Source of the DNA: an uncultured delta proteobacterium
GTDB lineage: Bacteria; Myxococcota_A; UBA9160; SMWR01
DNA length: 64,000 nucleotides
NCBI GenBank assembly: GCA_963832165.1
Contig: CAWHTE010000003.1
Coordinates: forward strand, 1 to 64,000
Direction of reading: 5' to 3'
Part shown: in pieces, positions 1 to 10,087 of the stretch
Layout of the letters: each line of letters opens with the position of its first letter
How positions within the stretch are numbered: the stretch's first letter is position 1
The notes under the pieces: model-generated
Told to the model about the DNA's origin: nothing
The model's input: the letters and a program-made list of their open reading frames with translations, nothing else
Databases searched by the model: none
Position numbers and translations under genes: made by a program

Positions 1-221
1 GCCACGGCGCCGGGCGCGCGATGTCGCGCAACGCGGCGCGGCGCGTGTTCACGCTGGCCGACCACGAGGCCGCCACGGCCGGCGTCGAGTGCCGCAAGGA
101 CGAGGGCGTGCTCGATGAGACGCCCGGGGCGTACAAGCCGATCGACGCGGTGATGGCCGCGCAGCGCGACCTCGTTTCCATCGAGCACACGCTGCGCCAG
201 GTGGTCTGCGTTAAAGGGTAG
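1..221 (+). CDS. rtcB: RtcB RNA ligase, C-terminal part (5' truncated by window edge)
   Basis: Frame from nt 3 reads HGAGRAMSR...DETPGAYKPIDAVM...LRQVVCVKG*, the conserved RtcB C-terminus. Confidence 0.93.
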   Translation, partial: HGAGRAMSRNAARRVFTLADHEAATAGVECRKDEGVLDETPGAYKPIDAVMAAQRDLVSIEHTLRQVVCVKG

Positions 222-395
222 GGAGCTCGGGTCCCCGTGGGGGCCGGGAGGCTCGGCCCGCTGCGCTCCCACCCCAAGGATTCCGCTCGAAGTGCCGATG
301 ACGACGGTCGGAAACCTTATCCTCGCCAAGGGCGACTGTACTCGCGAACGCTCTCGATCGATTCTCGCTGATTCCATCGGAGTCGAAGCCCAAGG

Positions 396-1730
396 ATGCT
401 GCTCAGGTCCCGCCACCCGCTGCTCGGCGCTGCACTCGCGGCTTCGCTGACCACCCTGCTCGTCGCGGGAGCGCAGGCGCAGGGGGCACCGCCCCCGGGC
501 GAATCGCACCCGATGGCCGCGAACGTGGATCTCTCCGAGCCGCTCAGCGTGCCGGACGTGCTGGCTCCCGAACCGATGGCCGCGCCCGAGCCGGCCGTGC
601 CCGATACGGTGCCCGCCGTACTCGCGGCGCCGGTCGATCCGGCTGCGACACCGCCGCCGGCTGCACCGCGCGCGCCGCTCGAGCTGCTCGGCGAACACGT
701 GATGCCCGGCACTTCGTCGCGGCTCGCCTGGTCGCCCGACCAGAGCTTCGAGGGCATCGCCGTGCCGACCGCGGTGCTGGTCGTGAATGGCGTGCGCGAG
801 GGTCCGACGCTGTGCCTGACCGCGGCGCTGCACGGCGACGAGCTCAACGGCATCGAGATCGTGCGGCGCGTGCTCTATGAGCTCGACCCGCAGCAGCTCT
901 CGGGCACGGTGATCGGCGTGCCGATCGTCAATCTGCACGGCTTCCGGCGCAACTCGCGCTACCTGCCCGATCGGCGCGATCTGAACCGCTTCTTCCCGGG
1001 CGCGGTGCAGGGCAGCTCCGCGTCGCGCATCGCCCACTCGTTCTTCGAGCAGGTGGTCCGGCGCTGCAACGCGCTCGTCGACATCCACACCGGGTCGTTC
1101 CAGCGCACCAACCTGCCGCAGCTGCGCGCCGACATGAAGGTACCCGCGGTGGCCGATCTCACGTCGGGCTTCGCCGCGACCTCCGTGCTGCACAACCCGG
1201 GCGAAGCGGGCACGCTGCGGCGCGCAGCGGTCGAGGCGGGGATTCCCGCGGTGACGCTCGAGACGGGCGAGCCGGGCCGGCTCCAGGAGAAGAAGATCCA
1301 GCACGGCACGCAGGGCATCGCGGGCCTGCTCGACCACCTCGGGATGGTCGCGCGCACGCGCGAGCGCGGCGTGCCGGAGCCGGTCTACTACGAGTCGACC
1401 TGGGTGCGTGCCGATCGCGGCGGGCTGCTATTCGGCACCGTGAGCCTGGGCCAGCGCGTGAGCGAGGGCGAGCTGCTCGGCACCGTGACCGATCCGATCA
1501 CGAACGTGCGCTCCGAGCTGCGCGCTCCGCAGGAAGGGCGCGTGCTCGGAATGGCGCTCAATCAGGTGGTGATGCCGGGCTTCGCGGCGTTCCGGATCGG
1601 CATCCCGACCACCGAGTCCGAGCTCGCGAGCCCCGAGGCCGCGGTGCCCGCCGCGCCGGCTCCGATCGACGGCCCGGATGCGCCCGTCGATGGCGCGGTG
1701 CCGCCTCAGCTCGACGAAGAGAATTCCTGA
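396..1730 (+). CDS. Succinylglutamate desuccinylase/aspartoacylase (M14-like) family protein, secreted
   Basis: Signal peptide; HGDELNG, RRDLNRFFPG, VDIHTG and TLETG motifs. Confidence 0.88.
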   Translation: MLLRSRHPLLGAALAASLTTLLVAGAQAQGAPPPGESHPMAANVDLSEPLSVPDVLAPEPMAAPEPAVPDTVPAVLAAPVDPAATPPPAAPRAPLELLGEHVMPGTSSRLAWSPDQSFEGIAVPTAVLVVNGVREGPTLCLTAALHGDELNGIEIVRRVLYELDPQQLSGTVIGVPIVNLHGFRRNSRYLPDRRDLNRFFPGAVQGSSASRIAHSFFEQVVRRCNALVDIHTGSFQRTNLPQLRADMKVPAVADLTSGFAATSVLHNPGEAGTLRRAAVEAGIPAVTLETGEPGRLQEKKIQHGTQGIAGLLDHLGMVARTRERGVPEPVYYESTWVRADRGGLLFGTVSLGQRVSEGELLGTVTDPITNVRSELRAPQEGRVLGMALNQVVMPGFAAFRIGIPTTESELASPEAAVPAAPAPIDGPDAPVDGAVPPQLDEENS

Positions 1731-2931
1731 CGCGCTGCGCGATCTCGAGCAGGATCTCGTGGACGTCCACGGCGAAATCGCGGTTCGACTCGACGGCGAC
1801 CGCGATCCGCGCGTCGGGGAAGTAGAGCAGGGTGGAGCGGTAGCCCGGGAAGTATCCGCCGTGTCCCCACGCGACACCCTGCGGTGTCTCGAAGCGATAC
1901 AAGCCGAGGCCGTACTTCCGTCCCTTGCCCGCATCGACGGGCTCGCGCGTCATCTCCTCGATTCCACCCGCCGGCAACGCGTCGCCTTCGAACAGCGCCT
2001 TCGCCCAGCGCACGAGATCCTGCGGTGTCGCGGCGAGGCCGCCCGCCGTCGACTCGAGCATCGGGTGGATCGCGAGCACGCCATCGGTGTCGGCCATCTT
2101 CGGCGGCAGCAGGTACAAGTTCAGCGGCATCTGATAGCCGGCCGCGAGCCGCGGGATCCTGGGCGTGCGCGCGACGACGATCCCGCTCAGATCGAGCGGC
2201 TGCAGAAAGCGCTCCTCGATCTGGTCGAATGGCGAGCGCTTCGTCGCGCGCGCGATCGCGATGCCCGCGAGCACGTAGTTGGTATCGCCGTAGGAAAAGC
2301 CGCGACCTGCTTGGAACTTCGGCTTGCGGTCGAGCGCGGGCTCGATCAGCTCCTCGGGTGGGATCAGGGAGTGCTCGGGCTCGAACAGGCGGAGCTTCAG
2401 CTCGCGGGCGATGAACTCGAGCGAGTAGATGTGATCGGACAGGCCGCTCCGGTGCTGGAGCAGCAGTCGCAGCGTGAGATCGCGCGCGTTGGGCACGCGC
2501 GCGAACCAGGGCGTGTCGCCGAGCCAGCGCGAGATCGGCTCGTCGAGGTCGAGCGCGCCCTCTTGCGCGAGCGCGACCGCGAGCGCGGCGTGGAAGCTCT
2601 TGCCCACGCTGCCCGCGAGAAAGCGCGTGTTGCGCGTCATGGGCACCTTGGCACCGCGGTCGGCGTAGCCCGCCACTGCGGTGCCGACGCGCCCGTCGGG
2701 CAGCGCGAACGCGGCCGAAAGGCCGGGTGCGAGGGCCGCGTCGCGCGCACGCGCGACGATCCGAGCGACCTCGCGCTCGATCGCCGCGAACTGTGCGGCC
2801 TCGCGTTCGGCCCGCGCCAGCTCCTCAGTGTGGCGCCGCCACAGCCAGACACCGATCGCGATCGCGGCGATCGCGACCGCCGCGATCGCCACAGCCGCCC
2901 GGCGCCTTGTGCTTCCGGGACCCGTGCCCAC
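1558..2931 (-). CDS. Serine hydrolase, beta-lactamase/PBP family, N-terminal membrane anchor
   Basis: GSVGKS (SxxK), FSYGDTNY, WGHGG; the 3' end overlaps the convergent gene by about 170 nt, so the true stop is uncertain. Confidence 0.85.
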   Translation of the reverse strand: MGTGPGSTRRRAAVAIAAVAIAAIAIGVWLWRRHTEELARAEREAAQFAAIEREVARIVARARDAALAPGLSAAFALPDGRVGTAVAGYADRGAKVPMTRNTRFLAGSVGKSFHAALAVALAQEGALDLDEPISRWLGDTPWFARVPNARDLTLRLLLQHRSGLSDHIYSLEFIARELKLRLFEPEHSLIPPEELIEPALDRKPKFQAGRGFSYGDTNYVLAGIAIARATKRSPFDQIEERFLQPLDLSGIVVARTPRIPRLAAGYQMPLNLYLLPPKMADTDGVLAIHPMLESTAGGLAATPQDLVRWAKALFEGDALPAGGIEEMTREPVDAGKGRKYGLGLYRFETPQGVAWGHGGYFPGYRSTLLYFPDARIAVAVESNRDFAVDVHEILLEIAQRVRNSLRRAEAAPRHRRAHPGRRSEPARRAPRPRGSRARTRWSGCRSGTPRSPASPPD

Positions 2932-3096
2932 GTCCGGGATTTCAGCCGACGGAGCGTCGGTCGGCTAGGACAGGGGTGTTGACGAACTCCCGCGAGGTCG
3001 TTCTACCGCTGGGGAAGAGGCTTTGGAGGGAGGGGATGGATTGGGGGGCCGGATGCCGGCCGCGCCACTCGGCATCCGCTGCGCGCGCCCCTCTGC

Positions 3097-3792
3097 TCAC
3101 ACCCCGGGAACTTCGTCCGGATCCAGGAGCCCTCGGCGCCGCCAGCCGTGCGAGAGCAGCCACGAGTGCGGAGGAGAGACCGCAGCCACAGGGGGCGGTG
3201 AATGCGCGGCCGATGGAATCCTCGGCTTCCTCTTCCAGCCGTCGAACCATCTTCCCGACGACGCCGGATCGATCCCGGTCGCGCGCGACAGCGCGCGGCC
3301 GGCCTTGGCCGCGTGCCGGCGAGCATTCAGCAGCACGTAGGCCAGCGCATTACGCACCTCGCGCGGCGTTCTGAGCACGCGCACGTGGTAGCGATCGGAA
3401 AGCACCGGCCCGGAGCGCTCGAAGATCCGGTTCACGGCTCGGGCCAGTCGTGAACCGAGGGCCTTCATCCCGCGCCCAAGCGCATGGCGGTCCACGGCCT
3501 CCACGAGGAGATGCGCGTGATCGCCCTGGAGCGAGTAGTGGACGAGCCGGAACTCCCCGCGCTCGCAGCCGCGGGCGAACGTCGCTTCGACCTCGCGCAC
3601 GAGCCGCACGCTGCGCAGGGAGGGAACGTCCTTCCGCACCTTGAGTGTCACGTGACACGGCAACCCGCGGCCGAACGCCTCGCGTGATCGGTGTCGCAGG
3701 CGCGGGTTCGGCCCCGGCTTGCGTCCGGCGCCGGGCCTTCGCCCGCCCCAGCGGCGGCGATCGATCTCGAGCTGTTCGGGTTCGCGCCTCAC
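3097..3792 (-). mobile_element. Y1 HUH tyrosine transposase, RAYT/IS200-like (copy 1)
   Basis: HVTLK, DHAHLLVEA (HUH), NALAYVLLNARRH (catalytic Tyr); GTG start at 3792 inferred from promoter spacing and from the paralog at 43921. Confidence 0.85.
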
Positions 3793-3798
3793 GATTCG

Positions 3799-3827
3799 AT
3801 GATAGGGGCTATCTTTATGTTCGTCAA
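3799..3827 (-). promoter_or_regulatory. Sigma70-type promoter of RAYT copy 1
   Basis: TTGACG-17 nt-TATCAT on the minus strand, ending 6 nt before the GTG. Confidence 0.7.
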
Positions 3828-4003
3828 GGGGTGCAAACGCTTGCACAAAGAACGAAGTGGGAAGAAGCGGGCCGATTCCTCGCCGGCTCGTCGGCCTGGG
3901 GTGCGGAGCACGCTGCCGTTCCCTCACCAGCCTCTTCAGCAGCGCTGCGAGCGAACGGATCAGCGCTCGGCAGCTGCGGCGTCTTGCATGTGAGCGCAGT
4001 GCG

Positions 4004-4189
4004 CTAGCTAACTCGTAGAGTTACCGAAGGTGCCCCAACCATCGGAGTAGCCACCGTATGGCTGGGCCACGTGATCGAGTTCTGCTTGAGCGCGACCATG
4101 AGGTCGATATCCATGGGACGAGACATGTCGGAGTCGTTTGCGACTCTGCGAAGAGCGTCTCCGTCTGCGTCGTTCGGGTAATCAACCAT
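4004..4189 (-). pseudogene. Internally deleted/frameshifted RraB-like (RNase E inhibitor family) gene
   Basis: N-terminus MVDYPNDADGDALRRV...PMDIDLMVA joins directly, in another frame, AQAELDHVAQPYGGYSDGWGTFGN; the central part is missing. Confidence 0.6.
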
Positions 4190-4236
4190 CGTCTAAGCGC
4201 GTGTTCGATTGTCAGCACCCCGCCAGGTCCCGACTC

Positions 4237-6216
4237 CTACCACTGCGTGCCGCGCACCACGGTAGCGAGCGCGATCGCGCCGCTCGAGGGCTTCTCCTGC
4301 TTCCGGCCGCGTGCGGCGGAGGAGGACGGGAACAGCCGGAACACCTGCGCGGCGAGCGCCTCGACCAGATCGGGCTGCAGCGTGTAGAGCGTCTCGACCA
4401 GCGCGGGCGGGCCGACCTTCACGCGGCGCGGCCGCTCGACGATCGTCTTGAGGATCAGGTCCGCTGCCTGGTCCGGCGTCCACGCCGGCAGATAGTCGTA
4501 GAGCTTGGTCGGCGCGATCATCGGCGTGCGCACGAGCGGCATGTACAGCGTCGACGTCGCGATGTTCTTGCTGCGCAGCTCGACGCCGAGCACGCGCGTG
4601 TACGTGTCGAGCGCGGCCTTGCTCGCGATGTAGGCCGAGAAGCGCGGCATGTTGGCGAGGATCCCACCCGAGGAGATGTTGATGATGTGGCCGCTCTTGC
4701 GCGCGACCATGCTCGGCAGGAGCGCGTGGATCAGCTTGGCGCAGCCGAAGTAGTTGAGCTGCATGGTGCGCTGCAGGTCGTGGAAGCGGTCCAGCGACTC
4801 CATGATCGCGCGCCGGATCGAGCGCCCCGCGTTGTTGATCAGCACGTCGACGTGGGCGTGGTCGGTGAGCACGCGTTTCGCCATCACTTCGATCGCGTCG
4901 AGATCGTTCAGGTCGCAGGGGTAGATCCACGCTTCGCCGCCCTGGAGCTCGATCACCTCCTTCGCCTGCTCGAGCTTCTCGACGGAGCGCGCCACCAGAC
5001 ACACGCGCGCGCCCGCCGCGCCGAGCTTGCGCGCGGTGTGGAAGCCGATGCCGCTCGATGCGCCCGTGATCAGCACCACCTTGCCGCGCAGCTTCTGCGC
5101 GGACTTGCGCGGCAGCCGGATGTCGCGATCCAGGAACAGCTCCCAGTACGCCCAGAGTTTGTCCGCGTACGAATCGAGCTTCGGACACGCGATGCCGGAT
5201 CCCTTGAGCGCCGCGCGCGTCTGACGGTCGTCGAACGTCGTCTTGTTGTTGATCATCGCGAGCAGCGACAGGGGCATGCCGATCGCGTTCGAGATCTCCG
5301 CAGCGAGCCGCGTGGTCGTGAGCCGCATCATCGCGCCCCGCATCGGAGTCGGCAGCCGGCGCCTCAACTCGGGGATCTTGATCCGCCGCGCCACCTCGGG
5401 TCCGTGCGCCGCGCGCAGCAGCGTGGAGAGCAGGTCGCCGATCGAAGGCTCGGGCGTCTGCAGCAGATGGAAGGTCTTGCCGTCGAGATTCGCGCGGTGC
5501 GCAATGTGGTCGATCGCCGCCGCCACGTAGTCGACCGGCACGATCGGAATCCGGCCGCCTTCGAGGCCCAGCATCGGCAGCCAGCGCGGCATGCGGTCGC
5601 GGATGCGCTGGATCGTCTTGAACAGGAAGTACGGCCCGTCGACCTTGTCCATCGCGCCGTCGACGGACGAGCCCACCACGGCGCCGGGCCGGTACACGCG
5701 CCACGGCGCAATGCACTCCTCGCGCACGACCCGCTCGGACTCGAACTTCGTGCGGTAATAGGGATGGGAGAGGCCCTGGCCCTCGTCGAACATCTTCTCG
5801 CTGAACACACCCTCGTAGGAGTCGCCCGCCACGACGATCGAGCTGAGGTGGTGCAGGTGGACGGGGCCGCCGAGTGCGTTCACGAATTGCACGACGTTGC
5901 GCGTGCCTTCGAGGTTGACGCGATTGCCGGTCGCGTTGTCCATGTTCATGTCGTAGACCGCGGCCGCGTGGAATACGTGGTGGATCTTGCCCTTCAAGCG
6001 CGCCATGTCTTCGCGCGAGACGACGCCGGACTCGGTGATGTCACCCCAGACCGGAAGCAGCGCCTCGTCGTCGGCCTTCAGATCTTCGAGCAGCGACTCG
6101 AACTTCTCGCTCGACGACTCGCGCACGAGCACGTGGACCGTGCCGCCGCGCTCGAGCAGCTTTGCGACCAGGAAGCGCCCGATGAAGCCGGTACCACCCG
6201 TGACGAGATAGTTCAT
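4237..6216 (-). CDS. Two-domain SDR, fatty acyl-CoA reductase-like
   Basis: N-terminal extended SDR (TGGTGFIG, YYRTK) plus C-terminal classical SDR (TGASSGIG, NNAG, YIASK). Confidence 0.88.
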   Translation of the reverse strand: MNYLVTGGTGFIGRFLVAKLLERGGTVHVLVRESSSEKFESLLEDLKADDEALLPVWGDITESGVVSREDMARLKGKIHHVFHAAAVYDMNMDNATGNRVNLEGTRNVVQFVNALGGPVHLHHLSSIVVAGDSYEGVFSEKMFDEGQGLSHPYYRTKFESERVVREECIAPWRVYRPGAVVGSSVDGAMDKVDGPYFLFKTIQRIRDRMPRWLPMLGLEGGRIPIVPVDYVAAAIDHIAHRANLDGKTFHLLQTPEPSIGDLLSTLLRAAHGPEVARRIKIPELRRRLPTPMRGAMMRLTTTRLAAEISNAIGMPLSLLAMINNKTTFDDRQTRAALKGSGIACPKLDSYADKLWAYWELFLDRDIRLPRKSAQKLRGKVVLITGASSGIGFHTARKLGAAGARVCLVARSVEKLEQAKEVIELQGGEAWIYPCDLNDLDAIEVMAKRVLTDHAHVDVLINNAGRSIRRAIMESLDRFHDLQRTMQLNYFGCAKLIHALLPSMVARKSGHIINISSGGILANMPRFSAYIASKAALDTYTRVLGVELRSKNIATSTLYMPLVRTPMIAPTKLYDYLPAWTPDQAADLILKTIVERPRRVKVGPPALVETLYTLQPDLVEALAAQVFRLFPSSSAARGRKQEKPSSGAIALATVVRGTQW

Positions 6217-6351
6217 GGTGCGCCCCCTCGGATGTGATGGTCGGCGCCCCTCGCCCCCGCCCGAAGGCCGTTATACCACCCGCCGCGAGCCCGTGGGCAG
6301 CGGATCGGAACCAGGCGAAAGAACGGTGGTAGAAGCGCGCCCGATCGCGCC

Positions 6352-7440
6352 ATGATGTCGCGCAGGGAGAACCCGATGCCGCCCATCCTCGCGATCGACG
6401 CCGACGGCCACGTTCAGGAGCCCGCGGAAGCCTGGGAGCGACACCTCGACGCGAAGTGGCACCCGTACGCGCCGCGCGTGGTGCGCGACGATCAGGGGCG
6501 CGTGCGCCAGGTGGTGGGCGGCGAGCAGAAGCCCTGCATCCCGTCGCCGGGTGGCGGCGACTGGGAGATCCCCGCCGGCGGCCACGACCCGAGGCAGCGG
6601 CTCGCCGACATGCACCGCCAGGGTGTCGAGCGATCGCTGCTGTTCCCCACCTTCGGTCTGTTCTTCGCCGGGCTCGAGCGCGACATACAGGTCGCGCTGT
6701 GCCGCGCCTACAACGACTGGCTGCACGAGTTCTGCAGCGCCGATCCGAAGCGCCTGCTCGGCGTCGCGGTGGTGCCGCAGGGCGATCTCGGCGAAGCGCT
6801 CGCGGAGACGCGCCGCTGCGTGCGCGAGCTCGGTTTCCGCGGCGTCATGATGCGGCCGAACCCCGTACGCGGGCGCACGCTCGGGGATGCCTACTGGGAG
6901 CCGCTCTGGTCGCTGCTCGAAGAGCAGGGCGTTCCGCTCGCGGTGCACGAGGGCACGACCCAGGATCTGCCGCAGTCGGGCCGCGACCGCTTCGAGAACT
7001 ACGCGCTGCGCCACGTCTGCTCCCATCCGCACGAGCAGCAGATCGCGTGCGCCGCGCTCGTGATGGGCGGCACGCTCGAGCGCCATCCCGGCTTGCGCGT
7101 CGTCTTTCTCGAGAGCGGCTGCGGCTGGCTGCCGTATTGGCTCGAGCGCATGGACGAGCACATGCACGGCTGGGGTCATGCGATCGCGAAGCTCTCGCTC
7201 ACTCCGAGCGAATACTTCCGGCGCCAGTGCTTCGTGTCGTGCGATCCGAACGAGCGGACGCTGCCGGGCGTCGTCGCGCTCGCGGGCGAGGACGTCGTCG
7301 TGTTCGCGACCGATTACCCGCACCCCGACGCGCTCACGGGCGATCTCGTGGCGCGCATCGCGGACAACGGCGAGCTCTCCGTTTCCGCGCGCGAGAAGAT
7401 CCTGCGCCACAACGCGCAGCGCTGCTTCGGGCTGAGCTAG
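6352..7440 (+). CDS. Amidohydrolase family 2 protein
   Basis: DADGH, AYNDWL, LAVHEG, FLESGCGW, FATDYPH. Confidence 0.9.
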   Translation: MMSRRENPMPPILAIDADGHVQEPAEAWERHLDAKWHPYAPRVVRDDQGRVRQVVGGEQKPCIPSPGGGDWEIPAGGHDPRQRLADMHRQGVERSLLFPTFGLFFAGLERDIQVALCRAYNDWLHEFCSADPKRLLGVAVVPQGDLGEALAETRRCVRELGFRGVMMRPNPVRGRTLGDAYWEPLWSLLEEQGVPLAVHEGTTQDLPQSGRDRFENYALRHVCSHPHEQQIACAALVMGGTLERHPGLRVVFLESGCGWLPYWLERMDEHMHGWGHAIAKLSLTPSEYFRRQCFVSCDPNERTLPGVVALAGEDVVVFATDYPHPDALTGDLVARIADNGELSVSAREKILRHNAQRCFGLS

Positions 7441-7455
7441 ATCCGGTCCGATCGC

Positions 7456-7728
7456 TCAGCGCTTCCGTCGCCGGGAAGAAGATCGCTTGCGCGGCGAGGA
7501 TCTCCTACGCGACGCGGACTTCTTGCGCGGCGCCGACTTCTTGCGCGACGCGGACTTCTTGCGCGGGACCTTGCCGCCTGCGCGGCGGGCCTGCGACAGG
7601 CCGATCGCGATCGCCTGCTTGCGGCTCTTCACCTTCTTGCCGGAGCGTCCGCTCCGCAGCGTTCCGCGCTTCCGCTCGCGCATCGCCTTCGCGACCTTCT
7701 GCGAGGCCTTGCGCCCGTACTTCGCCAT
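7456..7728 (-). CDS. Small basic DUF6496-type stress protein
   Basis: GTLRSGRSGKKVKSRKQAIAIGLS; GGAGG RBS; tail of RKKSA(S/P) tandem repeats. Confidence 0.85.
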   Translation of the reverse strand: MAKYGRKASQKVAKAMRERKRGTLRSGRSGKKVKSRKQAIAIGLSQARRAGGKVPRKKSASRKKSAPRKKSASRRRSSPRKRSSSRRRKR

Positions 7729-7753
7729 GGTTCGTCCTCCACCGTTTCTCCAT

Positions 7754-7768
7754 GCAGAGGCCGTGCCG
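7754..7768 (-). promoter_or_regulatory. Sigma54-type -24/-12 motif
   Basis: CGGCACGGCCTCTGC, about 25 nt upstream of the DUF6496 ATG. Confidence 0.55.
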
Positions 7769-7829
7769 GTACCCGAGCGATTGCAAACTCTGCAGAGCAG
7801 AGCTCCAGCTCGCTGGTATCGTCCATCCG

Positions 7830-9116
7830 ATGGCGCGACCGCGCGTATTCGTCGTCGGCGGAGGTTTCGGGGGTCTCGAGGCGGCTCGCGCGTTGGCGCG
7901 CGCGCCCGTCGATATGACCCTCGTCGACCGGCGCAATCACCACGTCTTCCAACCGCTGCTCTACCAGGTGGCTACCGCGTCGCTGTCTCCGGCGGACATC
8001 AGCGCTCCGATTCGCACTGTGCTGCGCGGGCAGGACAACTGTGAGGTGCTGCTCGCGGAAGTGACGGGCGTCGACGTCGCCGGGAAGATCCTGGAGATCG
8101 ACGGTCGCAGCTTCGGATACGACTATCTCGTTCTCGCGGCAGGGGCCACGCATGCCTACTTCGGTCACGACGAATGGGCCGCGGCCGCGCCCGGTCTCAA
8201 GACGATCGAGGACGCGCTGGAGATCCGCCGCCGCATGCTGCTCGCGTTCGAATCGGCCGAGCACGAGAGCAGCGACGCGGCGCGCCGCGCGAAGCTGACG
8301 TTCGCCATCGTCGGCGCCGGGGCGACGGGCGTCGAGCTGGCGGGTGCGATCAAGGAGATCGCGGGCCGGACGATTCCCCAGGACTACCACCACATCGATA
8401 CGCGGACCACGCGTGTGATCCTGTTCGAAGCCGCCGACCGCGTATTGCCGCCTTTCTCCGAAGACTCGAGCATGCGCGCACAGCGCGATCTCGAGCGCAT
8501 GGGCGTGGAGGTGCGGCTCCAGACGGCCGTGACCGACGTGACGCGCGATGGAATCTTCCTGGGCGAGGACTTCATTCCGGTCGGCAACGTGTTCTGGGCC
8601 GCTGGCGTGAAGGCCAGCCCGCTCGGTGCGTCGCTGGGCGTTCCGCTCGATCGCGCGGGGCGCGTGATCGTCGGGCCAGACCTCGCGATTCCCGACCACC
8701 CCGAAGTGTTCGTCGTCGGCGACCTGGCGGCTGCGACGTCCGGGCCGGAGAAGACGCGCGTACCTGGTGTCGCTCAGGGAGCGATCCAGATGGGACGCCA
8801 TGCGGGACGCGCGATCGCGAACGAAGTGCTCGGCCACTCCAAGCCCTCGGAGCGCGAACCTTTCCGGTACCGCAATCGCGGCACGATGGCCGTGGTCGGC
8901 AAAGCGAGGGCCGTAGTGGAGCTCGGCCGGCTCCACTACGGCGGCTCGCTCGCCTGGTTGATCTGGGGGCTCGTTCACATCTTCTTCCTGATCGGCTTCC
9001 GCAACCGTCTCCAGGTCTTTCTGAGCTGGTTCTGGAACTGGCTGCTCAACGCGCGCGACGCCCGGTTGATCACGGGCGATACGCCGTCGATCTGGAGCAC
9101 CGACAGAACTCCCTGA
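7830..9116 (+). CDS. ndh: Type II NADH dehydrogenase
   Basis: GGGFGG, NHHVFQPLLYQVAT, VGAGATGVELAG, WAAGV, VVGD; the start is the ATG at 7830, not 6456. Confidence 0.92.
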   Translation: MARPRVFVVGGGFGGLEAARALARAPVDMTLVDRRNHHVFQPLLYQVATASLSPADISAPIRTVLRGQDNCEVLLAEVTGVDVAGKILEIDGRSFGYDYLVLAAGATHAYFGHDEWAAAAPGLKTIEDALEIRRRMLLAFESAEHESSDAARRAKLTFAIVGAGATGVELAGAIKEIAGRTIPQDYHHIDTRTTRVILFEAADRVLPPFSEDSSMRAQRDLERMGVEVRLQTAVTDVTRDGIFLGEDFIPVGNVFWAAGVKASPLGASLGVPLDRAGRVIVGPDLAIPDHPEVFVVGDLAAATSGPEKTRVPGVAQGAIQMGRHAGRAIANEVLGHSKPSEREPFRYRNRGTMAVVGKARAVVELGRLHYGGSLAWLIWGLVHIFFLIGFRNRLQVFLSWFWNWLLNARDARLITGDTPSIWSTDRTP

Positions 9117-9128
9117 TCCGCGGCAGCG

Positions 9129-9635
9129 TTAGGCCTTCGGCAGTGCCTTCGCCGCTTGCTCGTGGTGCTGCAGCTTCGGCAGCATCTTGCCCGCGAACGC
9201 CTTCACCTGCGGTTCCTTGGCGTTCTCGGCGGTGTCTTCGAAGAGCGACACGGCGTCCTTGTGGCTGTCGATCATGAGATCTCGGAAGCGATTGTCGAAG
9301 TCCTTGCCGGGCTTCTCCTCGCGAAGCTTGTCGAGCTTCTTGCGGTCGCTGTCCGACATCACCGCCGGCAGCGTGACGCCCTTGCTCGAGGCCAGCATTC
9401 CGAGCTCCTGACTGGACTGGGAGTGATCCGTCACCATCTTCTGGCCGAATTGCTTCAGCGCGGGACTACTCGCGCGCTGGGCCGCCAGCCGGCCGCTCTC
9501 GATCTCGAGCTGGCTCGCGGACGCGGCCTTCTCGAAGAATTTCGAGGTGTCTTTCAGATCGTCTTTCGGATCTGAATAGGCGGCGAGCGGGATCGTGAGT
9601 GCGAACAGGATTGCTGCAGTCGACCTGAGGCTCAT
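9129..9635 (-). CDS. DUF4142 domain secreted protein
   Basis: Signal peptide; EIESGRLA, KQFGQKMVTDH, FDNRFRDLMIDSH, LPKLQHH. Confidence 0.85.
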   Translation of the reverse strand: MSLRSTAAILFALTIPLAAYSDPKDDLKDTSKFFEKAASASQLEIESGRLAAQRASSPALKQFGQKMVTDHSQSSQELGMLASSKGVTLPAVMSDSDRKKLDKLREEKPGKDFDNRFRDLMIDSHKDAVSLFEDTAENAKEPQVKAFAGKMLPKLQHHEQAAKALPKA

Positions 9636-9670
9636 CGAAATCTCCTTTTCGATAGATCTACACAGATCGT

Positions 9671-9685
9671 GCACGACGCATGCCA
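9671..9685 (-). promoter_or_regulatory. Sigma54-type -24/-12 motif
   Basis: TGGCATGCGTCGTGC upstream of the DUF4142 gene. Confidence 0.55.
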
Positions 9686-9879
9686 ATGGCGCGGGGGGCG
9701 AGAGCGAACGAACGCCGCGATCGCACAGCGGTATTTTCTAGAAACGGTGTGTCCGTCTTTCGCGCGGGAGCCGCGAAATGCCTCTCCGAGGCTCTCGCGC
9801 GCGTAGAAGGAAGGGCTTGCATCTTGCAGCGAACCCCCCCGCTGCCGGAGCGCGACGTTCCGGAGCGCCAGGAGGACTC

Positions 9880-10078
9880 ATGGCCCGCAACACGCAATCG
9901 AAGCCGAAGCGCAGCCGAGAGAACGAATCCGCAATCGCGCGAGCAGGGCGCACCCGATCGCGGTCCGTCCCGCGAGTCTCAGGAAGACCGCGAGCGCCAG
10001 GAATTCTGGAGGCGCACGCGCGCGGGCGAAGACGCTGATCGAGGTCGCAGCGCGCTCGACCGCGAACGCTCCGATTGA
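9880..10078 (+). CDS. Small hydrophilic protein (stop at 10038, or 10078 if a +1 error is present)
   Basis: GGAGG RBS before the ATG at 9880; weak GG-N10-GC motif at 9813-9827. Confidence 0.4.
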
Positions 10079-10087
10079 CCCGAACCG

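Noticed and set aside
2940..3096. Hairpins and an IS-end-like GGGGTGTTGACGAACTC after RAYT copy 1 as element ends
   Set aside because: No matching partner upstream or near copy 2
6456..9116. 886-aa NADH dehydrogenase with a long N-terminal extension (similarly 48790..50667, 39184..41097, 59064..60650)
   Set aside because: The extensions are off-frame read-through across neighbouring genes
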